Positions 55,572 to 64,000 of a DNA stretch of 64,000 bases are shown here, piece by piece. Source of the stretch: the human T2T-CHM13v2.0 reference genome, Homo sapiens; NCBI RefSeq assembly GCF_009914755.1, contig NC_060930.1. One strand, given 5' to 3'. Numbering within the stretch: the first letter of the stretch is position 1; the number at the start of each line of letters is the position of its first letter. Position numbers and translations under genes: made by a program. The notes below the pieces were generated by a model, which saw only the letters and a program-made list of their open reading frames with translations, was not told the DNA's origin and ran no database searches.

Positions 55572-55895
55572 ATCTAGAGGAAGTACACATGCAATGGATC
55601 TCTTAGATCTGGCACTCTGCCTAGTACCTGCTTAAAAAATGTGATGCTTCCAGAAACTGTGTTTCCCATTATTCATTTTCAATTGAGACTTTGGAGAATG
55701 GAAAGCACTGCTTCTGAAATATACATAATCTTCTAGTAATCTATAAAAATTTTTAAAGCAACTCCATTGAATCTGGGTACTCTTTCCTCCGTCTTCTCTT
55801 CTATGTGAATTTATGTGCCCTTTCCTTCCTCTTGAATTTGTGTTCTTACCAAATAAATTATTTGAGATACAATAGGACTTTGATCACAGGTATTT

Positions 55896-57035
55896 TTAAT
55901 TAAGTTTTTTTCTTTTTACTATTATGAATATATAATAGTTGTACATATATGGGTACCTGTGATACTTTGATACAAGTAATGTGTAATGATCAAATCAAGG
56001 TGACTGGGATATCCATCACCTCAAGCATTGACCGTTTATTTGTGTTAGGAACATTCCAGTCCCACTCTTTCATTTATTTTGAAATATACAATAAACAATT
56101 GTCAACTATAGTTGCTATATTGTGCTACTGAACACTAGATCTTATTCCTCCTGTGTGACTGTATCTTGTACCCATTTTCTAGCCTTTTTTAACCCTGCCT
56201 TCCCACTAACCTTCCCAGGCTCTGGTAACCATCATTCTACCCTCTATCTCCATTAGTTCATTTTTTTTTTAGCCCTTACATATAGGTGAAAATGTGTGAT
56301 GTTTGTCTTTCTGTGCCTGGTTTATTTTAACACAGTGACTCCAGTTCCATCCATGTTGTTACAAATGACATCTTTTATTCTTTTTAATGTCTGAGTAATA
56401 TTTCATTCTGTATATGTACATTTTCTTTATCCATTCGTCTATTGATGGACACAGGTAGATTCCATATCTGAGCTGTTGTGAATAATGTTGCAGTAAATGC
56501 CGGGGTGCAGATATCTCTTTGATATACTGATTTCTTTCTTTTTTTGGATGTATACCCAACAGCGAAATTGTTGGATCATATGGCAGCTCAATTTCAGCTT
56601 TTTGAGGAACCGCCATACTGTTCTCCATAAAGGCTGTACTAATTTTCATTCCCACCAACAGTGTATGAAGTTTCCCATATTTCCATATCATTACCAGCAC
56701 CTGTTATTGCCTGTCTTTTTGATAAAAGTCATTCTGGGGTGAAATAATATTTCACTATGGCTTTGATTTGCATTTCTGTGATGATTAGTGATGTTGACAT
56801 TTTTTCATATATCTTTTGGCCATTTGTATGTCTTCTTTTGAGACATGTCTATTCAGGTTCTTTTGCCCATTTTTTAATCCGATTATCTGGGTTTTTTTTC
56901 CCCCTATAGAGTTGTTTGAGCTTCTTATCTATTCTGGTTACTAATTACTTGTTACATGGGTAGTTTGCAAATATTTTCTTCATCCTGTGGGTTGTGTATT
57001 CACTTTGTTGATTGTTTCCTTTATTGTGCAGAAGC
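55896..57035 (-). mobile_element. 5'-truncated L1MA (about L1MA3/4)
   Basis: tgtgtaatgatcaaatcaaggtgactgggatatccatcacctcaagc; ORF2 C-terminal peptide (MENSMAVPQK..ELPYDPTISLLGI); 16-bp TSD ttgatcacaggtattt / ttgatcagatgtattt with 2 mismatches. Confidence 0.92.
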
Positions 57036-57449
57036 TTGATCAGATGTATTTATATCCTAAAAGAATGCTATGGATTTTCTCCACTGAGCGTCCACACACA
57101 CACCATAGTCTCACCATATGTCACCAGCAGATAATAGATTTCTCCTTTCATTTTTCTGAAATTGCATTTTGCTATGTGAATCTATAGATATCCTTGGAGA
57201 TTTTAGTATAATCTAAGGAGTGTTTTATATTTTTGTCCTAGGGAGTTCAGATATATTCTATCTAATTGCATTAATTCTTACTATAATGCCAAATTTTACA
57301 TACTATTCTATTACTTAGTTATTTTGCTATTCTTTTACATTTTTGGTCAAAATATCAATTGCACATTTATGGATAATTTATACTGGGTTCAACTGCTTAG
57401 TAAAATTCTTTCGTGTTTCTTTCTTTTATGCTCTTTTCTCTTACACTTA

Positions 57450-58110
57450 GTCATTTTCTAATTTTAACAGTAATATTTGTCTATTGTAGAAAATACAAGA
57501 AGGTAAAAAGAAAATAATACATATCATACAAAATATTATCAAACACAGATAATGACTATGAAATATTTGATGCAATTTTGCTATTTTTATACATAGCTCT
57601 GTACATAGTAAGTATTTATACCCTATATACCTTCACATATGTATGTTCACACGATTGAGCTAATTAATGGGTTTATACATGTTAAATGGATAGGGTTTGA
57701 TTATCTAATTGTGATTATGTAGTACATAAGATTTTGTACCTTTTTAAATTTAAAAAAGTATAAAATTTCTTATTGTATTAAGATATTTGAAAACCTCATT
57801 ATTATCATCTACATAATAGTCTACAGTTAACCATGTGGCATTTCATTCCAGTTTCATAATTATTAAATCAATTTCTTACTTTTACACACTTACCTTATCA
57901 CATTTTCTCTACAATAAATGTTTCTGCAATAAATGTTTATTACATAACATTAAACATGTTTTTATTTCCTTTGATTTTTTAAAATTTTTAAAAAGCAATT
58001 GCTCAATAAAAAGGCATAAACATTTTTAAGCCTTTTTATCCTGGTATTCTTGATATAATGTTCAAGCTGCTTTTAAGAGTTGATACATTATTTACTCTAG
58101 AGTACTTAAA
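57450..58110 (-). mobile_element. Highly decayed L1ME-type 3' end
   Basis: attgtagaaaatacaagaaggtaaaaagaaaataa..cacagataatgactatgaaatatttg. Confidence 0.45.
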
Positions 58111-58431
58111 ACCTCAGGCTTTTTCCTCCAGAGAGATAAAGAAGAAATGTTTGTTCCACATGTCATCGTGAACCAGAATGCCACTTATAAAAGTTTCTGC
58201 TGTGTCACTTCAAGTTTTTCAGTTATTCAATATCTGTTAGATTTATTTCTTTGTGGACTCTCATACAGTTGGGTGATTGACAGTCACATGAAATCAATAG
58301 AGAATTTTAATATTAAACATTCACATTAGTTATAAAAGATTTGTTTTGATTTGTTTTTTGTTACTGCTATAACTAAAGCCTTCTTCACAGTTTTTTTTTA
58401 TTTTTCTAGTTTCCCTTTTTGACTTACATAC

Positions 58432-58508
58432 TTTTTTTTTTGTTTTAAATTATTGAGACAGGGTCTGGCTTCATCTCCCAGGCTGGAGTGCAGTGGGGCA
58501 ATCTCGGC
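58432..58508 (-). mobile_element. 5'-truncated Alu (right-arm end)
   Basis: gagacagggtctggcttcatctcccaggctggagtgcagtggggcaatctcggc; near-TSD acttacatac / acttatatagc. Confidence 0.85.
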
Positions 58509-58754
58509 AACTTATATAGCTTTTAAAAAACAACTTCACATTCTTTTAATTGCAGAGATTTGAAAAACGCATTTTGTATTTAAATACATGATTGATTTTT
58601 TATTATCACAAATGCAAGTTGTTCATTAAATTACCCCACCATATTTGAAATAAAACAATTGCACATACTTGTGTATCTTATTATCCCCATAATGCATAGA
58701 TTTTATTGATATGTTCTGATAATTTATTAATAATAGAGTATGATTTTGTTTTAC

Positions 58755-59055
58755 ATATATATACATACATACACATATATATATATATAGAGAGAGAGAT
58801 TTTTCGAGGCAGAGTCTCGCTCTGTCACCCAGGCTGGAGTGCAGTGGCGTGATCTCCAAACAATTCTCATGCCTCAGCCTCCCAAATACCAGGGATTACA
58901 GGCATGTGCTACAATGCCCGGCTATTTTTTTGGTATTTTCAATAGAGATAGGGTTTTACTGTAAGGCTGGTCTTGAACTTCCAACCTCAAGTGATCCGCC
59001 CGCCTTGGCCTCCCAAATTGCTGCGATTACAGTCATGAGCCACCATGCCCAACCA
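58755..59055 (-). mobile_element. AluS (Sz-like) with a ~30-bp right-arm deletion and a (TA)n(GA)n microsatellite at the tail
   Basis: gcagagtctcgctctgtcacccaggctggagtgcagtggcgtgatctc | aaacaattctc; cctcaagtgatccgcccgcc. Confidence 0.9.
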
Positions 59056-59230
59056 AGAAATACGTTTTTAATAATTATTTTTATATTTACCATATTTTAT
59101 AACTGTGATTAATGATCAGAAATATACATTACATTTACGATTTCATTTCTTATACACTTTTAAAAATCTCTGCCCCACCCCACAGGTGTTTAGACCAGAT
59201 GTTTTTGCGCAGATAAAGGAACCTGCACAG

Positions 59231-59250
59231 GGTCTTGCTTGGGCATGCCC
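59231..59250. promoter_or_regulatory. p53 response element candidate in MER61
   Basis: GGTCTTGCTT GGGCATGCCC matches 19/20 of RRRCWWGYYY x2 with zero spacer; MER61 LTRs are known carriers of p53 sites. Confidence 0.65.
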
Positions 59251-59394
59251 GCAACAGACTGGAGACCGTCATGCACTGGAGGAATGGGATGGAGGCACCA
59301 GGAATTTGGGCCTTAGGCAGGGAAGGAGCTTGGCCTCTTCAGCTCATATATGGTGGCCTGGTATTCAATTTGTGAGGTGGAAGCCTCCTGGTCA

Positions 59395-61145
59395 CGTGTC
59401 CGAAATTGGTGGGTTCTTGGTCTCACTGACTTCAAGAATGAAGCCGTGGACCCTCATGGTGAGTGTTACAGTTCTTAAAGATGGTGTGTCCGCAGTTTGT
59501 TCCTTCTGATGTTCGGACTTGTTGGGAGTTTCTTCCTTCTGGTGGGTTCATGGTCTTGCTCGCCTCAGGAGTGAAGCTGCAGACCTTCGTGGTGTTACAG
59601 CTCATAAAGGTGGTGTACACCCAAAGAGTGAGCAGCAGCAAGATTTACTGCAGAGTGAGAGAACAAAGGTTCCACAATGTGGAAGGGGACCTGAGCGGGT
59701 TGCTACTGCTGGCTCTGGCAGCCGGCTTTTATTCCCTTATCTGACCCCACCCACATCCTGCTGACTGGCCCATTTTACAGAGAGCTGATTGGTCCATTTT
59801 ACAGAGAGCTGATTGGTCCGTTTTACAGACAGCTGATTGGTCCATTTTGACAGGGTGCTGATTGGTGTGTTTACAATCCCTGAGCTAGACACAGAGTCCT
59901 GATTGGTGCATTTACAATCTTCTAGCTAGACGTAAAATTTCTCCAAGTCCCCACTAGATTAGCTAGACACAGAGCACTGATTGGTGCATTTACAATCCTT
60001 TAGATAGACACAAAAGTTCTCCAAGTCTCCACTAGATTAGCTAGACACAGAGCACTGATTGGTGCATTTACAAACCTTGAGCTAGACACAGAGCACTGAT
60101 TGATGCATTTACAATCCTTTAGCTAGACACAGACTGCTGATTGGTGCATTTACAATCCTTTAGCTAGACACAGACTGCTGATTGGTGCATTTACAATCCT
60201 TTAGCTAGACATAAAAGTTCTCCAAGTCCCCACCAGATTAGCTAGATACAGAGTGCTGATTGGTGCATTTACAATCCTTGAGCTAGACACAGAGTGCTGA
60301 TTGGTGCATTTACAAACCTTGAGCTAGACACAGAGTGCTGATTTGTGCGTTTACAATCCTTTAGCTAGACACAAAAGTTCTCCAAGTCCCCACTAGATTA
60401 GCCAGACACAGAGCACCGATTGGTGCATTTACAATCCCTGAGCTAGACACAGAGTGCTGATTGGTGAGTTTACAATTCCTGAGCTAGACACAGAGTGCTG
60501 ATTGGTGCACATACAATCTTCCAGCTAGATATAAAAGTTCTCCAAGTCTCCACCTGACTGAGGAGCCCAGCTGGTTCACCTAGTGGATCCCGCACAGGGG
60601 CCACGGGCAGAGCTGCCCGCCAGTGCCACACCACGTGCCCACACTCCTCAGCCCTTGGGCGGTGGATGGGACTGGGTGCTGCAGAGCAGGGGGTGGCACC
60701 CATCAGGGAGGCTTGGGCCGCGCGGGAGCCCATGGTGGGGGGGTGGCTAAGGCCTGGTGAGAATTCAAGTATGGCACAGGCAGGCCAGCAGTGCTGGGGG
60801 ACCCAGCACCCCCTCCACAGCTGCTGGCCCAGGTGCTAAGCCCCTCACTGCCCAGGGCCGGCCCACTCCGAGTGCGGGGCCCACCAAGCCCATGCCCACC
60901 CAGAACTAGTGCTGGCACGTGAGCTCCACGTGCAGCCCTGGTTCCCATCCTCCACACCTCCCTGTAAGTAGAGGGAGCCAGCTCCAGCCTCAGCAAGCCC
61001 AGAGAGGGGCTCCCACAGTGCAGCAGTGGACTGAAGGGCTCCTCAAGCTTGGCCAGAGCAGACGCCGAGGCCGAGGAGGTGCTGAGAGCAAGTGAGGGCT
61101 GGTGCTGAGAGCAAGTGAGGGCTGCCAGCATGTTGTCACCTCTCA
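59395..61145 (-). mobile_element. LTR12D-like (ERV9) solo LTR, long form
   Basis: Minus strand TGAGAGGTGACAACATGCTGGCAGCCCTC ... CCAATTTCGGACAC; GC-rich U3; ~41-bp enhancer repeats at 59780-60530; private 23-bp duplication at ~61079-61124; TSD degenerate. Confidence 0.96.
59700..60530 (-). promoter_or_regulatory. LTR12 enhancer/promoter: CCAAT (NF-Y) array, GATA site and AATAAA TATA-like box
   Basis: 14 intact ATTGG counted; CAGATAAG at ~59736-59743 and AATAAA at 59728-59733 on the minus strand, the ERV9 promoter layout; activity not shown. Confidence 0.6.
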
Positions 61146-61290
61146 GCGAGACCCCTCTCTTTGCTAAAAGATCTCCTTTAGTTTAATAAATTCCACCCTC
61201 CTCACCCTTCAATGTTTCTGCCTACCTAATTCTAGTTGTCAGACAAGAACCCAGATTTAGTTGAGCTAAGGAGCAAAAAATCCTCCATCA

Positions 61291-62950
61291 ACTTTATCTT
61301 TGAATTTTCAACCTACAGAAAAGTTGTAAGAATAGTACAACTGTAAGTGAATTACAGAATTCACTAATCATTAACATTTTTTCACATGTGCATTCTCTCT
61401 ATGTGTGGGTGTTTCTTGAACTAGTTGAGGGTAATAAATTTCTTCTCCTTTAAGTGCTTTGGCATATATTTCCTTAAAAGATTATCTGATATAACCATAA
61501 TTAAATCATCATACTCAGTTAATTTAACCATGTTAAATACTAATATATAATAGTCAATATTTAAATTTCTCTGATTTCTCCAATAATGTTACTTATAGCT
61601 GTTTGATGTTTTTCTTGTTTGTCGTTTAATCCAGGAATCAATCAGGAATTATGTCAATCAAGAATTATGCATGAACTGGATTTAGTGGTTGGAAGAGTTT
61701 ACAAATTCTCATTTATTTTAATTTAACTATTTATTCTATCTTTTATGTCATTAATATTTTTATATATCCAGGCCAATTGCTTTATAGAATATCCTTCAAT
61801 TTGTCTTTGTCCATTGTATCTTCATAATTAGATACAGGTTAAAGAGTTTTGGAGGAACTATTACATAGGTGATTTATCTGTTCATTATATCTCATCATGG
61901 TTTACACTGATGTCAGTTATGAAAATACTGAGTTTGACCACTTTGGTTAAGGCTAAATCACAAAATTTATCTATTATTGGACACTTTCTCCACTTTATTA
62001 TAAATAGCTAATTTATAGTTTAATCATTTGAATCCCTAAGAATATCCCATTCCCCAATAAATTTTCATATAATATTTTAGTCTCCATTTATATTTCTTCC
62101 CTTAATCATCTATTACCAGGGTGACTACATATAATGATTTCCTAATTATTTTATTTATTTCACATTTCTTAGTTGCTATTTTCTATAAATAAAAGCTTTT
62201 ACCACAAGCTGATCAACACATTTTATTTTCATGATTTTTATTGCCAATTTAGACACAGACATTTTTATGCTTCTATAAATTATTCATTGTGTCATTTAAA
62301 TTATCCCTGTATGAGCCACCAAGAGACACTTTAGCTGGATACTAGCATCTTTTGACAAGTTCACATAGGTGTATGTGTACTTCTTCCATCCTTGGAATAA
62401 ACGATAGTTCAGGTTCTTCTTACAGTTTTCTGCCCCAGACATAAAATCAGACATTTCTCTAAGGAGCCCAGGATTTTTTTGAGTAATTAATGGCCACTTG
62501 TATTTTTAATTTTTACTCTTTTCTTAGGGCACAGCTATGGTTTTATATATAAATATAAATATATATATTTATATATATAATTAATATATATATAAATTAA
62601 TATATATTATATATAAAAATATATTAATATGATATATATTATATAATTTATATATTTATAAATATATTTTTATATATTTATATATATATAAAATTTCATT
62701 TAGATATCTCAAATCCCAACCCAATGGAATTGTTTCTCTTTTTATACAAATCCATATTTTTATCTTTCTTCTACCATGGTGGAATATGTCGTTCTCCAAA
62801 AATGTTAATATACTTAATATTTCACTTAGGCTTACAATATGCACAAAATAGATTCACAATTACAGCACTAATGCCTATGCCAAAAAATCAATTTACTAGA
62901 TAAAGTTCAAGATCACTTTGTAGTTTGTTTATTCTTCCTCTTTGTATGTC
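61291..62950 (-). mobile_element. L1MC4/5-type 3' UTR
   Basis: ttcaacctacagaaaagttgtaagaatagtacaa; tccaggaatcaatcagga; cctgccccagac-like..atcagacatttctctaaggagccc. Confidence 0.7.
62541..62696. repeat. (TA)n-rich low-complexity tract
   Basis: ~155 bp of A/T with a single G. Confidence 0.95.
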
Positions 62951-63204
62951 TCAACTGTTTACAATCAGTGTTCAAATTTTTCTTGGACTATTTTTTTCCT
63001 CCTACGAGACTATACTCTCAACATGATATATGTTTCATTTGTTTTCTTTTATTTTCCACTTTAAGAATTTTTCTCTGTATTTTTTGAGTTAGTTTTAAAA
63101 ATCAAATGTGTTGCAGTAAAACTTACTTCTGATATAACCATTTAAGGATACAGTTTGATAAGTTTTGTTTTTTTGTGGCTATTTTTTGGATCTCTGGTTA
63201 TGCA

Positions 63205-64000
63205 TTACTTTTTTAAAACTTGAAAAATAAAAATTGTATGTATTTACTGTGTACAACATAATGTATTGAAATATATATACATTGCAGAAAGGCTCAATTA
63301 TGCTAATTAACAGGAACAGTATTTATCTTCTTTGATGATAAACTTAAAATCTACACCGTTAGCAATGTTCAAAATACAATATATTGTTATTAACTATAAT
63401 TATAGACATTTTTATGCCAAGTAGCTGGGATTACAGTGCCACGATGCCCGGCTATTTTTTTTTGTATTTTTAGTAGAGACGGGGTTTCACTATTTTGGCC
63501 AGGCTGGTCTTGAATTCCTGACCTCAAGTGATCCGCCTGCCTTGGCCTCCCAAATTGCTTAAAACACTTGAAATCTACATCCCTAGCAATGTTCAAAACA
63601 AAATATATTGTTGTTAACTATAATCACCATGTTGTATAATAGATACCTTGAGGATAATTTTTATTTAACTGAAATTGTATATCCTTTGACCAACATCTCC
63701 CCAACCCAAACCGCCACTCCCTTAGTCTCCTAGTAACCACTATCTTCTATGAGTCTTCTATGAGTCCAAAATTTTTAGATTCCACATATAAGTGAGATCA
63801 TATGGTATTTGTCTTTCTGGGACTGGATTACTTCATTTACCATAATGTCCATCAGGTCCATCTATGTTTTCACAAATCTCAGGAATTCCTTCTTTATTAG
63901 GACTGAATAGTATTCCACATGCATGCCTACCACATTTTCTTTATCCTTTCATCCACTGATGGACACTTAGGTTTATTCCATATCTTAGCTATTGTGAATA
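63205..64000 (-). mobile_element. L1MA (about L1MA4A-MA6) 3' UTR, running off the window
   Basis: ataaaaattgtatgtatttactgtgtacaacat..gctaattaac; tttagattccacatataagtgagatcatatggtatttgtctttctg. Confidence 0.9.
63417..63559 (-). mobile_element. Internal Alu segment with no head and no poly-A tail
   Basis: ccaagtagctgggattacag..gtatttttagtagagacgggg..cctcccaaattgct; spans only the dimer junction. Confidence 0.9.

Larger units (their letters stand above)
59170..61290 (+). mobile_element. MER61-like ERV1 LTR (5'-truncated), split by LTR12D
   Basis: gcagataaaggaacctgcacagggtcttgcttgggcatgcccgc; resumes after the LTR12 with gacccctctctttgct..aataaattccaccctcctcacccttcaatgt..gagctaaggagcaaaaaatcctccatca. 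Confidence 0.75.

Noticed and set aside
59780-60530. Regularly spaced ~41-bp repeats that superficially resemble a CRISPR array (also 33735-33935)
   Set aside because: They are tandem units without unique spacers, and are the known U3 enhancer repeats of ERV9 LTR12 in human DNA.
60590-61130. GC-rich stretch as a possible CpG-island gene promoter
   Set aside because: It lies wholly within LTR12D U3, and many CpGs have decayed to TpG/CpA.

Overview
AT-rich, CpG-poor human genomic DNA; a near-perfect AluYb9, a human-specific subfamily, fixes the species. It looks like gene-desert or deep intronic sequence. I find no credible protein-coding gene, RNA gene or CRISPR array: the ORF-track entries are L1, Alu, LTR or microsatellite artefacts, or chance ORFs. 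Much of the window is interspersed repeat: L1 copies from L1ME/MC/MD to L1MA and L1PA, a dozen Alu/FLAM pieces, MIR and L2 relics, MaLR LTRs (MLT1A/C, THE1C), two ERV9 LTR12s, a MER61-like LTR, an ancient two-LTR ERVL (LTR16/ERV3-16A3-type) provirus, two Tigger3a and one MER58. I cannot support a new biological system here. The most unusual items are: (1) an LTR12 that carries exactly the 18-nt tRNA-Arg primer-binding site plus a rebuilt 'ACA' end inside an intact 4-bp TSD; (2) a composite of a MER61 p53 site and an LTR12D promoter with 14 CCAAT boxes; (3) a headless, tailless Alu segment between 59-bp L1 duplications; (4) two template-switch-like palindromes; (5) a probably polymorphic AluYb9; (6) a few isolated splice-signal candidates. 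Subfamily names come from remembered consensus sequences, and the boundaries of old repeats are approximate.
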